A stretch of 63,712 nucleotides of DNA, counting the filler, from Octopus bimaculoides (Eukaryota): the NCBI RefSeq assembly GCF_001194135.2. It is 11 parts of 10 records of this genome, joined end to end, with 100 filler letters (N's around TTAATTAATTAA, not from the genome) between each part and the next. Parts side by side here need not be neighbours in the genome. Positions count along the whole stretch, not along the records: positions 1 to 4,957 come from NC_068988.1; positions 5,058 to 26,431 come from NC_068991.1; 9 more parts are not named here. One strand, written 5' to 3'. Shown one piece after another: positions 1 to 12,912 of this stretch. Within the stretch, counting starts at the first letter, position 1, and every line of letters starts with the position of its first letter. Below the pieces are notes generated by a model. It made no database searches. It was not told where the DNA came from and saw only the letters and a program-made list of their open reading frames with translations. The position numbers and the translations under genes are program-made.

Positions 1-141
1 TACATATATATGTATAAATATATAAATATATATATACAAAAATATATAAATATATATATATATACATATATATAAATATATATATACACATACATATACA
101 TATATAAATATATACGCACACACACACACACAACACATACA

Positions 142-192
<51 letters not shown>
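1..192. repeat. (TA)n/(CA)n compound microsatellite, representative of dozens across the window
   Basis: Direct inspection; similar (TA), (CA), (TACA), (AAT), (CAT) and (GA) tracts flank most N-gaps. Confidence 0.95.
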
Positions 193-195
<3 letters not shown>

Positions 196-819
196 GAGAG
201 AGCGTATTAGGTGTGGTGTACAGATATTGAATAATGAGAAAGAAGGTCGCCAGAATTTTGGAAAATAATCTTTTTATTTATTCACTGTTACTATTAGCAC
301 TTTCGTTCGCTTCTCGAACTTGTCAAATAGAATTTTGCGAAGGTACAGACAGCTTGTTCATTTACATAGAACATGTTTTTGGTGGGTTTTGTTTCGAAGA
401 TAACATTGTGTTTTGGAGTGAGGTTCCATAACAATGGAAATAGATAGAAAGTTAGGTAGGTAGATAGGTTGATAGATAGAGAGATAGATAGCCAGACAGA
501 TAGGTAGAGAGAGGGGGAGAGAGAGGAGAGGAAGGGGATCTCCCTTCCTATTCACCATTCATATATTAATCTAGTCATTTACCATTGTATCGAAATGGGT
601 TTAAGGACAGTGACCTCTTCAACAACAACAACAAGAACAGGTGTCCTGTTGTAATCACTGAAAGTCATTTTGCTTTCTTTCTCTCTTTTTCCCTTCTTCC
701 CATCTTTTTTCTTTTTCTTCCTTTTTCTCCTTTTTCCTTTTTTCTCTTTCTTTCTTTTTTCCTCTTTCTTTTTCTCCTCTTTCTTTTTCTCCTCTTTGAG
801 TTATATCTATAATACAAAA

Positions 820-3770
820 TGTACTCTCTCCACTTTTCTTTCAAACATTCAATTTTGGAGAGAATTTTTTGTTGTTGCATGTTTCACATCTCCTATGTCC
901 ACATTCTTTTACTAAGAATTCTGATTCATTCCCTGATTTGAATTCTGCCCTTGTGAGGTGTTTTTAAAGATGTTTTTGGTTGGCATCTGCTATTCTGTAA
1001 GGTGTTTTTTTAATCAGATTTTTCATTTTGGGGCTTTGTATGAGTATAGGTAAGTTGGATTTTATGGCGTGAAAGATGTTGGTTATTCCAGGACTGTATG
1101 TGTTAACGAACTGAATCGTGTTTTCATTAACTTTTTCCTTGGGTGTTCGTAGTTGGAGGATGTTCAGTTTCATCGCCTTTTTAATTCCCACATTAATTAA
1201 TCCTAAAGGGTATTTCTGCATTGTAAGGAAGCCTTTGAGTTCGTTGAGTCGGATTTCACATATTTTGGGGTCAATCACTATATGGGATATTTCCTTTGAC
1301 GTGTGATAGATGACAAGTTTTTTTGTTTTTTTTGTAAAATATGTCTGTTGTGACTGTGGAGTTCTGTATTTTTATGTGGAATCCAGGAATGGTAATTCAT
1401 TGCGACTTGGTTCTGTCGTGAATTTGATGAATGGATATTCAGTATATTGTTAAATATACTTAGATCTTCACCCGATCTGTCCCTGAAGATGAAGCTATCA
1501 AGGAAGCGTTTCCACTTTTTAATGATATATTTCTTGTACTCCTGATGAAAAGTTTTTCTACTTCCTCATAAAGTTTTTCTTTCAAGTATCCCATAACTAA
1601 GTTTGCACATGAGGGCGTAAACCGCGTCTCCATAGCCGTGCCATTTATCTGTCGATATGATTTATTGCCGAATCTAAAGGTATTTTCTTCTAGTAGTAGT
1701 CGCGTCACCTTTGTGAGGAAGTCAGTTTTGAAGAGTTCATTTATCCGTCCTCTATGTTCCTCTATCTAGTGTTTGATTGCTTCTAGTGTTTGATTGCTCT
1801 ATCTAGTGATTGATTGCTAAAGTGTAAGGTATATACCTTACACTTTAGTATAGAGATTGGTTACACCAAAACTTGTAAGTATAGTGCCTTCTGCGACAGC
1901 GGGAGGGTGTGTCGGATGAAATCGATGTCATCCGGTATTAAAGGCACAAAGGTTTTAGGATTATATCTAAAAAATGACTTAATTGTTATGTTGGTGCTTG
2001 AGGTCCAGCAACTATTGGTCTTAGTTTGAGGTTAGCAAGCCTTAGTATTTTTACGTACTGGTTCTTATTTATGGCACTATGTATTTCGGAGCTTTTGCGG
2101 ATTTTGGGCAATCCATAGAAATTGCTATCTTTGTTTAAAGAGTTGCATATATAATCTTTCTCCTTGTCTGTGAAGGAATCTTGAAATTCATTGATTAGTC
2201 TTTTGATTTTATCATTATTGTTTTTCTAAGTATCTTGGTTCTTGTAGTAGGTTTGGTTTGTTAACATTTCCAATATTTTATCTTTATAATAGTCCTTGTC
2301 CATGATTACTCTGGCCCCTCCCTTATCGGCTTCTTTTGGGATGATTGAGTTATCATTCTTCAGTGTTTGTAAGGCTTCCTTTTCTTCTTCACGAAGGTTT
2401 TGCTTGCATCTGTGGGTATTTAGGGGAAATTTCGAAATCGTGTCTATATACATGTCTAAATATTTGTCCTTTCCCTTGTAGGGGGTGAAGTGGGATTTAT
2501 TTCTGACTATTGATTCATCATTTAAATCCATACTACTGAAGAATTCTATAAGTCGGGGTTGGCGGTTGAAGTGTTCAATATCAGATTTCAGTTCAATGAG
2601 ATTAGGGGTAGGTGTCGGGGTAAACTTGAAACCTTTTAATAGGAGGTTCATCTCATTCTTGTTCAGGTTTCTATTTGACAAATTTATGATCTTCGGATCT
2701 ATATGTTCTGTGTGTTCATTTAAATTTTGTGTTTTATCGTGATTTTGGTATTTTCTCCTTAAAAAAGAAATTGTATTACCGTGTCTCCATTTTCTGATTT
2801 TGGGGTTCTTGTTTCCATGTAGGCTGAAGCATGGTTCATGTCTTTTATACGAATTCCGTTGGTTATAGGTTTTGTTTTCTTCCCATCTTCCATGCTTTTT
2901 CGCCATTCAGGATATATGGGATTTTTGGTCATAAATCGTGGGTTGCTTGAGTTATCGTGATTATTATTCATATTATAGTTGCTGTGTTGTCCGTATTTTA
3001 TTTGTCTTTCTTCCCATGTATTCATCCACCTAGGGTACATGTTATTAAGGGTTGGTGGTTGTCTGTATGTTATTTGTCTTTCATGTCTTTTTTCTTTTGT
3101 ATTTATCCGTCTACGGTGTTTGAAATTATGGGTTGATGATTATCTTCTATATTTCATGTGTTGGTTATTTGCACTGTAATGTATTGTACAATATGGGTTT
3201 CTAGTCTGTACTTGTGGGGTGAGATGGAGGTCATTTCCGCGTATGTTCTTGGGTAAGTAGAGGTTCAACACCTTAGTCCGGTTCCTCTGGAGTTGGTGTC
3301 TATGTTTGTTTTCGATTTCCTCGTATTTTTTTGCTGTTGTGGTTCCGTTTTCATAACGGATTTTTCTCCATAGTTTTCTTTTCATAGTGAAACACTCAAG
3401 TTTTTCCCATATTTTTATAGATTTTTCTTCTTCCCACTTTGTGTCTTCTTTCTATAGTTTTTGCAGTTGTTCATGACATTGATTGTTACTCCGCTCAGCG
3501 ATTTCAGCAAACATAACTACATCAATTGTTTTTACTTTCTTTTCGTGTCGTATTTTTCATGATTGCAGAAGAGCGATTTCTGCTTCTAGTCGGCATAAAG
3601 TTAAATTCGCACGTATCGTTTTCTCTTTCAGTGATTCACTTCTTATTTCTTTAATAAGAAATTTTCTGAGCACGATTGGGTTTTCTTTGCTTCACCAAAT
3701 CTGGTAGAAGTTGGCTGTATTGCTGCATCGAATACTTTTCCAATGTGCATGCTTAAGAAATTTCTTGCAG
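820..3770 (-). mobile_element. Decayed Penelope-like retroelement (Neptune-like); RT and linker present, no GIY-YIG domain recognisable
   Basis: Minus-strand fragments in the expected order: KIINLS...LLLKGFKFTP and EADKGGARVIMD (2226-2906), NFYGLPKI (~2100-2130), LRPIVAGPQAPT (~2000-2030), YRQINGTAM (1460-1708), WKRFLD, IKFTTEPSRNELPFLD, then Cys linker CGHRRCETC (877-903). Many stops and frameshifts. Confidence 0.85.
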
Positions 3771-4689
3771 AGATGTGATTACAAGTGATTTTGTTGTTGT
3801 ATATCAATTCTTACTATTTTCTTGTTGTTTATCTCTATTAGAGTACCTTGTGTATGGGTATCATTCACAGTTTTTATCTGCATATNNNNNNNNNNNNNNN
3901 NNNNNNNNNNNNNNNNNNNNNNNNNNNNNNNNNNNNNNNNNNNNNNNNNNNNNNNNNNNNNNNNNNNNNNNNNNNNNNNNNNNNNNNNNNNNNNNNNNNN
4001 NNNNNNNNNNNNNNNNNNNNNNNNNNNNNNNNNNNNNNNNNNNNNNNNNNNNNNNNNNNNNNNNNNNNNNNNNNNNNNNNNNNNNNNNNNNNNNNNNNNN
4101 NNNNNNNNNNNNNNNNNNNNNNNNNNNNNNNNNNNNNNNNNNNNNNNNNNNNNNNNNNNNNNNNNNNNNNNNNNNNNNNNNNNNNNNNNNNNNNNNNNNN
4201 NNNNNNNNNNNNNNNNNNNNNNNNNNNNNNNNNNNNNNNNNNNNNNNNNNNNNNNNNNNNNNNNNNNNNNNNNNNNNNNNNNNNNNNNNNNNNNNNNNNN
4301 NNNNNNNNNNNNNNNNNNNNNNNNNNNNNNNNNNNNNNNNNNNNNNNNNNNNNNNNNNNNNNNNNNNNNNNNNNNNNNNNNNNNNNNNNNNNNNNNNNNN
4401 NNNNNNNNNNNNNNNNNNNNNNNNNNNNNNNNNNNNNNNNNNNNNNNNNNNNNNNNNNNNNNNNNNNNNNNNNNNNNNNNNNNNNNNNNNNNNNNNNNNN
4501 NNNNNNNNNNNNNNNNNNNNNNNNNNNNNNNNNNNNNNNNNNNNNNNNNNNNNNNNNNNNNNNNNNNNNNNNNNNNNNNNNNNNNNNNNNNNNNNNNNNN
4601 NNNNNNNNTATGTATATGTATATATATACACGTATATATTTGTATATTTGTATATATATCTATATATATGTATGCATTTATGTATCTAT

Positions 4690-4885
4690 GTTTGTCTCCC
4701 CACCATTGATTGACAACCAATGTTGGTGTGTTTACATCCTTCCATAAATTAGCGGTTCAGCAATAGAGTCCAATAAAATATGTACTAGGCTTAGAACGAA
4801 TAAGTCCTGGGTCCGATTTGCTTGACAAAAGGCGGAGTTCCAGCCTGGCCACAGTCACTTGACTGAAATAAGTAGAAGTGTAAAA
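4690..4885 (+). mobile_element. tRNA-derived SINE family A, 3' half
   Basis: Matches the other copies (gacaaccgatgctggtgtg...aataagtcc...gactgaaacaagtaaaag), e.g. 10657-10897. Confidence 0.8.
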
Positions 4886-5057
4886 GAGTATACAGAGTAT
4901 ACATACATACATACATACATACATACATACATACATACATACATAATACATATATATNNNNNNNNNNNNNNNNNNNNNNNNNNNNNNNNNNNNNNNNNNN
5001 NTTAATTAATTAANNNNNNNNNNNNNNNNNNNNNNNNNNNNNNNNNNNNNNNNNNNN

Positions 5058-5122
<65 letters not shown>

Positions 5123-5960
5123 CTGTCTATACATATGGAGAGAGGGAGAGAGAGGGACATATATAGGTATATATACTTCTATATATGTGTATTCGTATAC
5201 ACACACACACACACAAATGCATACATCTGTATTTATTGTTATATGCAGATTTTATACATACCGGAAAATACGTAGAAATAACTGTTGGATGATGCTACAA
5301 TTGCAGAGGCACAAATCAGAATACACTGAGTTGTGTGGAAGAATTTGGTTTGTCCCAAAGCACGTAGGATTCCATCAACATCAACTTGGGAAAACTTCAT
5401 ATTGTTTTTGCGTCGCCTGTAAATACATTCCATGCTTTTTATATATTCCAATTTATCTAATTGTCTGTGACTCTCTCTCTCGTGCTCCCTTGCTCTCTCT
5501 CATGCCTTCTTGCTCTCTCTCTCTCTCTCACTCTCACTCTCACTCTCTTACTCTTTGAACCTCTGTATCTTTGTCTCTCTGTCTCTCCTCAAAGATAAAT
5601 GTATAATTATACATGCATACGTAAACAAATAACCTGTATCGTATGATGTTGCACTAATGTATGCTCATAAAAATTAGTATTAGCTGACTGCCTATGTAAA
5701 TTTCTCTCCTTCAAGCTGAATATAGGCAAATACATACATATACACATTCACACACCTACATGTATGTATATGTGTATGTATGTATGTATGTATGTATTTG
5801 TGTCTGGTTCCGAGGAGGAAGTACACACAAATATGTAAACATTATGTAATTTTATATGTTTCTCTATGAATAAAAGCAACCAATATCAGTGCAAGTAATC
5901 TCCTCTTCGTGTGTGTGAATATCAGTATTAATTAGATAAAATGACTTTGATAGGTATTTC

Positions 5961-6812
5961 CAAAGTGTATTCCAGAAGATTTGAGTCTTTCTCGGTCGTA
6001 ACATAAATTTTAAAGTACAAAACTCTAATTTCGTTCAAAGTAAAATCCTCTGATTCCAATGCACTTGTTGTAGCACTCCATCTACTTCGTGAAGATCCCA
6101 TTGAAATCATCTAAAATGAAGGTATCCAGAACCTTTGTCGAAGCATTTTTCATCTTCAACGTCATCTTGGGAACAACCAAAATTCATAAGGAGCAAGGTG
6201 TGGACGGTAGGTAGGATGATCCACAGTTTTGATACCCATCTCTGTCAAATAATTGGTTACCAGGATGGAATTGTTCTGGTACTAGTGTTCTGGCCCTTTG
6301 CGATGAAATCTCTGTCTGAACTCCCTCGAAACCTCCACAATGTGCTCTTTGTTGACCGTCTGACCAGAGGGGAACCCAGTGGATGTAGATGATGTCTTTG
6401 CTGACGAAAAAGCGGATCATCATGAGCTTCTTGTTGGACTTGCTATGCCTGGCCTCTTATGCTAGCGTAAAACAGATGCTCGGCTCATACAATTAATCTA
6501 TAGGCAATCTGGAGTATTTAATAAGTTTATTTAACGTATTTTTCCAGTTTCACACAAAATCTTATTGCATAACGAGCTTCCGAACTGTCTTCATGTATCC
6601 AACTGCATTCTGAAAATTAGTCAGCTGTGACAAACATCGTTTAGTGGTGAGTGTTCAAAGTGCTGTCACAATCGCCTCCTTTTAACTCTAATAACAAAAG
6701 TTGCTAGGTCAGTTTATTAGATGTACAGTAATGATATTCTGAATTTACAATAATCTAGGACATTTATAACTGCCTCTCTTAAAATGTGTCAAAACTTCTG
6801 GAAATCACCTCG
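5961..6812 (-). mobile_element. Decayed, internally deleted mariner (DD34D-like) transposon
   Basis: Transposase remnants KLMMIRFFVSKDIIYIHWVP, GQTVNKE, HPTYRPHLAPYEFWLFP (cf. HPPYSPDLAPxDFxLF) and C-terminal YNKCIGIRGFYFE. Imperfect TIRs 5961-5987 and 6786-6812 (about 20/27 identical); TA only at 6813-6814. Confidence 0.75.
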
Positions 6813-6957
6813 TATTTAGATGCAATATACTCCAAGCTGGTTTGAAGCCAACAGGAACCATCTCCTTTCTCAAATATTCCATACTTTAATTGACGAATTG
6901 GCAAATCATTAAGTCCATTCCACTGACAGAAAGCAAAATTATATCAAATTTAACCTA

Positions 6958-8181
6958 CAGGGGTTGGACAAAATAATGGAAACATCTTAAAATTTCAAAC
7001 AAATTTATTTTAATGTGGAGTAAGACCACCTTTGGCATTGAATTCTACGAGGTGTGGACTCATACAAAGTTTGAATTGTTTCCAAAGGAAGTTTTGTCCA
7101 TTCTTCAGCTAAAACAGTCTCCAGTTCTTGTAGTGATGATGGTGGAGGATATCGAAACCTTACATGTTTTTTCTAAAATGCACCATAAATGTTCAATTAT
7201 ATTGAGATCTGGGGACTGATGTGCCCAGATAAAATGTTCAACTTCACTAGAATGTTCCTCGTGCCATTCAGTAACAACTTTAGCTGTGTAAATTGGTACA
7301 TTATCATCCTGAAAGATTACGTTTCCCTCTGGAAACAGTTCCGCAACAATAAGATGAATTTGATCAGAAAAGATGCTTAAATAGTCTTGACTATTAATTC
7401 TGCCCTGAAGGGAAACCATTGGCCCGGCGGATTTCCAAAATATAGCCCCCCCCCATATCATCACAGATCCTCCTCCATGTTTAACAGTTGGAAGAAGGCA
7501 GTCTAGATCAAATGTTTCTTTTAACTGTCTCCACACGTATACTTGGCCGCTGGTCGGAAATAAGGTGAAGGATGACTCGTCCGAGAAAATAACATTCTTC
7601 TACTGCTCCAGGAACCAACTCTGTAAGTTTTTACTCCTTTCTAAACGCTTAGAAACTTTTGTTTTTGAAAGTAGTGGCCTTCTGATTGCAGACCTGTCGT
7701 GAAATCCTCCTTTGTGCAGTAATTAAACTCTGCAGTAATTTTGGGAGCTGTACGTTTGTTATCCTTTCTAAAAATTCGCGTAAGTGTCCGATGGTCCCTA
7801 TCTGAAAGTTTTGGTTTTCTTCCGTAGTTTTGTTTCGACGAGGATGTTTTTCCCTCTCTCTCTCAAAGACTGTTATTACTTTCAAGACAGTACTTCTTGA
7901 TGCACCAAATATTTCGGCCGTTTTCGGTACGCTAGCGCCTGCCATACAAGCGTCAACAATTTGACCTCTTAGAAAGTCCCATAGATCTGTCATTTTAATG
8001 AATTTTAATTAACTTTTTGTGATGACATCTGAAGAGAAACAGCAATTTTTGCAAAACATATTACGCAAAACTAATAATAAATAAAAAACATGAAAATAAA
8101 CAAGCTTTTGGTGGTTTTACAGATATTTCAAAATTATGATGTTATGATGCTAGGTGTTTCCATGATTTTGTCCAACCCCTG
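6958..8181 (-). mobile_element. Full-length (1224 bp) Tc1-family transposon with DD36E triad (Incomer-like); transposase frameshifted
   Basis: 29-bp TIRs CAGGGGTTGGACAAAAT(A/C)ATGGAAACA(T/C)C; TA at 6956-6957 and 8182-8183. HTH N-terminus (7649-7993), IFSDESS, PTVKHGGGSVMIWG, FQDDN...SPDLNIIEHLW with 36 residues between the second catalytic D and the E. Confidence 0.92.
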
Positions 8182-9894
8182 TATATTTTTTTCAGTCTTG
8201 CTCACTTAATACTAAACGACCGTAAGTAGTATAAACAAATTACTTTTCTGAGAACGAAGCTAAGGAGGTAAAATGCAAATTTTCAGCCATTTACGTATCA
8301 TGTTGTTTTTTGTTGTTTTTTTTTTGTTATAAAATACAAAAAAATATGGGGAAAAATAAAATTTATTGAGAAAATATATTATTGGGGAAGCAGAAGACAA
8401 ACAACTGATTGATCTATTAACCGAGTAAGTAAGCAAGCAATTGATTAGTAATAAAAAAGTGAAATTGAACCAAAGTGTTTATTTATTATTGGATCAATGA
8501 CCTACTCAAAATATGAAAAATATTTATTGAAATTAATTGTTTCAACAAAACTCTATTTTTGAAAAACAGACATGCTAATAAAGAAATATTATTTGAACGA
8601 AACATAATATATTTTGTTATTTGATCTCAATGCGCTTTGGTTGATTCGAACGAGATACATCTGATCACTGTTAGTGAATCCCCTGTTATGAACACACATA
8701 TAAACGGAAGGGATATCCTCCGGTGGTGAATACAACAGCGATGAGATATTCACGTACGAGCTTGCTAGACCGTATTAAATATGAATAGATACATTATTGT
8801 ATGGGTTTTTAGTGTTCTATAAAAAACAAAACGAAGTTTGCTGATGCCTATAAACGAGCTCCAGTGAGATTTTTCCTTCCCGTGGAGAAGCTTCGACTGA
8901 GGATGTATACGTCGAGGTCAAAACAACGCGGTGTCTCGGATTCCCCTTAAATTGTAGAATCGATTGGAGTATCTTTTACCTCCTCTTCTCCCATTATTGT
9001 ATTTTATTACTCTCTCACTCTCACCCTCATTCCTCCTCCCTTGTTCACGTGGATCCGACGTGACCATCAGCCATCTTTCTTTTTTTCTCTCCGTTGTAGC
9101 TGGAACAAGGTAGATGTGTTCTTGTTTGTCTCCTGTCCTAGCTTGATTTACGCGTTCGCCACCACAACCTCGTTTAGGCTTAGCAGTCCTTCCTGTTTGT
9201 TTTCGTTGTCCTGTTTGCGTTACCGATTTTGACCCTCCACAAAATCCAAAATTTTATTTAATTTGCTTTGCAGGAGCAACTGTTTTATCGAAAGCATATA
9301 TTGTTGTTAAATGCTCAAAATACGAGACTAGAAAAACAGCCAAGAACTGATGAAGGGTTGTTCTTTGTGTTGTGTGCCTTGTTTTCCCTTTGTGTCTTTC
9401 GTTGCTCGAATTTCATGTTCCATTTACTCGTGCTTCGTACTTTCTTGTTGTACACGTTTCATGACNNNNNNNNNNTATATATATATACGTATAGATGTAA
9501 GTATGTACATATACGTATGTATATAGGCATACGTAGACCTGTTCGCAAAAAAATTTCTTTGAAAGACTTTTTGGGTTTATGGGGATATGTTATCCAAGCG
9601 GGCACCAGTTTTGCGCTATTATCGATTGATAACTGGTTATCGTTCGTGTGCTTATGTACTAATGTTTATGGCTGGTTAATTTAACCATTCTTAGTACATT
9701 CCATTTTTGAAAATCCAGTTGTCCTTATAGAGACTTCATTCTTTTCGATATATGACAAATAATTGATAATCAAAAGAAAACACAGAATACACATAGAATA
9801 TTCACTTTTCTAATCATTCCGTAGTGATATTAAGTTCTCTTTTGCCTGCGTGACGTTTTAGCTGATACGTCACGTAAACAAAATAGTGCTTAAT

Positions 9895-10297
9895 ATCCTT
9901 TCTACTATAGGTACAGGGCTTGAAATCGTGGGAGAGGGTACTAGTCGATTACATCGACCCTCAGTTTTTCACTAGTACTTAATTTATCGACCCCGAAAGG
10001 ATGAAAGGCAAAGTCGACCCTGGCGAAATTTGAACTCAGAACCTAGTGGCAGACGAAATACCTATTTCGTTATTGCCCACAAGAGGCTAAACATAGAGGG
10101 AACAAACAAGAACAGATGAACGGATTAAGTCGATTACATCGACCCCAGTGCGTAACTGGTACTTAATTTATCGACCCCGAAAGGATGAAAGGCAAAGTCG
10201 ACCTCGGCGGAATTTGAACTCAGAACGTAACGGCAGACGAAATACCGCTAAGCGTTTCGCCCGGCGTGCTAACGATCGTACCAGCTCGCCGCCTTAC
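9895..10297 (-). mobile_element. tRNA-derived SINE family B, two joined copies (one truncated, one near-complete)
   Basis: Core atcgaccccgaaaggatgaaaggcaaagtcgac occurs twice; B-box-like GAGTTCAAATTC(C/T) on the minus strand in both copies; head ggcggcgagctggtacgatcgttagcacgcc. Confidence 0.85.
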
Positions 10298-10656
10298 AAN
10301 NNNNNNNNNNNNNNNNNNNNNNNNNNNNNNNNNNNNNNNNNNNNNNNNNNNNNNNNNNNNNNNNNNNNNNNNNNNNNNNNNNNNNNNNNNNNNNNNNNNN
10401 NNNNNNNNNNNNNNNNNNNNNNNNNNNNNNNNNNNNNNNNNNNNNNNNNNNNNNNNNNNNNNNNNNNNNNNNNNNNNNNNNNNNNNNNNNNNNNNNNNNN
10501 NNNNNNNNNNNNNNNNNNNNNNNNNNNNNNNNNNNNNNNNNNNNNNNNNNNNNNNNNNNNNNNNNNNNNNNNNNNNNNNNNNNNNNNNNNNNNNNNNNNN
10601 NNNNNNNNNNNNNNNNNNNNNNNNNNNNNNNNNNNNNNNNNNNNNNNNNNNNNNNN

Positions 10657-10897
10657 TGGGAGACGGAAACTGAAAGAAGCTCGTTGTATATATGTGTGTC
10701 TGTGTTTGTCCCCACCCCCAACATCGCTTGACAACCGATGCTGGTGTGTTTATGTCCCCGTAACTTAGCGATTCGGCAAAAGAGACCGATAAAGTAAGTA
10801 CTAGGCTTACAAAGAATAAGTCCTGGGATCGATTTCCTCGACTAAAGTCGGTGCTCCAGCATGGCCGCAGTCAAATGACTGAAACAAGTAAAAGAGT
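10657..10897 (+). mobile_element. SINE family A, 3' portion
   Basis: gacggaaactgaaagaagc-(TA/TG)n-gacaaccgatgctggtgtg...gactgaaacaagtaaaagag. Confidence 0.85.
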
Positions 10898-10901
10898 AGA
10901 A

Positions 10902-10946
<45 letters not shown>

Positions 10947-10959
10947 ATGTTCAAATTTA

Positions 10960-11575
10960 TACAAAAAAGAACAAAAATGTAAAAGTCAGTGAGGTGAGGA
11001 GACAATAAACAAGGTGTATTTGGTTGAGGCTTTAGCGCTCAGGAATAATGGAAGAAGTCTTTGAAGTTTCGAACCAATGCTCTTCTACAGAAAGGAACGA
11101 GGAGAGAAAACGGATGGAGAGAGGAAAAACGGAGAGAAAGAAAAACATGTTGAGAGGAAAGAAGGAAATAATTCGACCAGGAAATAATGGACCAGTAACT
11201 TAGGTTATGGGTGCCTCCTGAAGTAGAGTAGGGGGTGAGTTGACGAAGATGTGTGAGGTGGAGGTGTCAGACTGCAATCGGCGAAAGCACATAGAATGGT
11301 GTTTTGGAGGGGTAATAGGAGACGGGAAAATAGGTAATAGTTGAGTGGATGCAGAGAGAGACAACGGATGAACGGTCAGCAGAAAGGGCACGGGTAAAGG
11401 CGATTTGGAAGATGGTGGATTGGTATCCCCGTTGTGTGCAATGGTGATCCATGAGAGAATAGGAGTCTGCAGGGGCCGAGAGAGAAGGAGAAAGAATTAA
11501 AGAGACGAAGAGCATTTTAATATCAAGAATGTGTTGCGAATTTACAAAACAGAAATTCTGCCGCATCATGAATTT
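10960..11575 (-). mobile_element. Penelope-like 3' remnant (RT C-terminal region plus HHR-bearing terminal repeat)
   Basis: Translations QRGYQSTIFQIAFTRAL and FRRLQSDTSTSHIF resemble the PLE post-RT region. Followed by a terminal segment homologous to 26250-26410 and 62810-62940. Confidence 0.7.
11059..11094 (-). ncRNA. Degenerate minimal type I hammerhead, family B
   Basis: CTTT-CTGTAGA-A-GAGC ATTG GTTC-GAAAC-TTC-AAAG. Stems I and II pair; G16.2 is mutated to U. Confidence 0.6.
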
Positions 11576-11588
11576 TACTCATTGATTT

Positions 11589-11771
11589 TTAAGTCGCATC
11601 TTGAATTTTTACATCATTAGTCTTATTTTCCTTTTCCATCATCTTCACATCGTCAATTGTCTGTAGTAAATTTCGGTTTCTAGTTTCCGGTAAGAATACT
11701 TGAAGTAAAATGGAAGCAATTATACATCCGGTTCCTAAGATAATCCCAGGACCCCAAGGAGCAGCCATAGC
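11589..11771 (-). CDS. SLC22: SLC22/MFS organic-ion transporter, last coding exon (TM12 and tail)
   Basis: Acceptor tttctatccttag|; phase 0; AMAAPWGPGIILGTGCIIASILLQVFLPETRNRNLLQTIDDV...QDAT*. LPET..R.L..T.DD is the SLC22 C-terminal signature. Family-level identification only. Confidence 0.92.
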   Translation of the reverse strand, partial: AMAAPWGPGIILGTGCIIASILLQVFLPETRNRNLLQTIDDVKMMEKENKTNDVKIQDAT

Positions 11772-12261
11772 CTAAGGATAGAAAGTTAAATATATTAGTG
11801 GAATTATATAAAATATATTTTATCATTTGATAGGAACAACAATCTGACCAACCAATACTGAAGAAATTATGTGACGACGACCAATGAAAATAGCAAATTT
11901 AGTAGTAAAGTATAAGCTATGTAAACCTATCAATGACGTTGGCTTTTTTCATTACGAAAAAGAGAGAGCAGCTTATTCCAGCAGATTCATTAGACATTAT
12001 GTAGGTGCGGTGGGAGTAACAGAAGAATGCAAAGATAAGATAGAGGGCAAGAGAGTTAGCGAGTGACAGAGTGAGTAAGTGAATGAGTGGGTGAATGAGT
12101 GAGTGAGTAAGGGAATAAGGGAGTGAGTAGGTGAACGAGTGAGTATGCGAGTGAGTGAGAGAAATATAGCTTTTAGATATCTAAATTGCACAAAAGTGAG
12201 TTCCTTAATACACACATACGTATACATACATACCCGCCACACACGTACATATAAATATGTA

Positions 12262-12296
<35 letters not shown>

Positions 12297-12616
12297 NNNN
12301 NNNNNNNNNNNNNNNNNNNNNNNNNNNNNNNNNNNNNNNNNNNNNNNNNNNNNNNNNNNNNNNNNNNNNNNNNNNNNNNNNNNNNNNNNNNNNNNNNNNN
12401 NNNNNNNNNNNNNNNNNNNNNNNNNNNNNNNNNNNNNNNNNNNNNNNNNNNNNNNNNNNNNNNNNNNNNNNNNNNNNNNNNNNNNNNNNNNNNNNNNNNN
12501 NNNNNNNNNNNNNNNNNNNNNNNNNNNNNNNNNNNNNNNNNNNNNNNNNNNNNNNNNNNNNNNNNNNNNNNNNNNNNNNNNNNNNNNNNNNNNNNNNNNN
12601 NNNNNNNNNNNNNNNN

Positions 12617-12669
<53 letters not shown>

Positions 12670-12689
12670 AGTGTATGTCTGTGCCTCTA

Positions 12690-12724
<35 letters not shown>

Positions 12725-12912
12725 CTGTATGTATCCAAAAGTTCGTAGGAATTAAATTTTTCAATAGCGTTGCGAGTGTTTGTTTTTCATTCGTTCGTTA
12801 AATGTTTTCAGGCACAAAAGTGTGCCTATCTTATGGTGATATAAGATAACAGCAGCGCGTCCAAGCGAGTAAGGCGCAGATGAACTATCGGAATATCATT
12901 CTGGGTGACCAG

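Noticed and set aside
8890-9430. CTGAGGA (8897) and CTGATGAAGGG (9347) core-like words
   Set aside because: No properly placed GAAA or stem III; at best very old relics.
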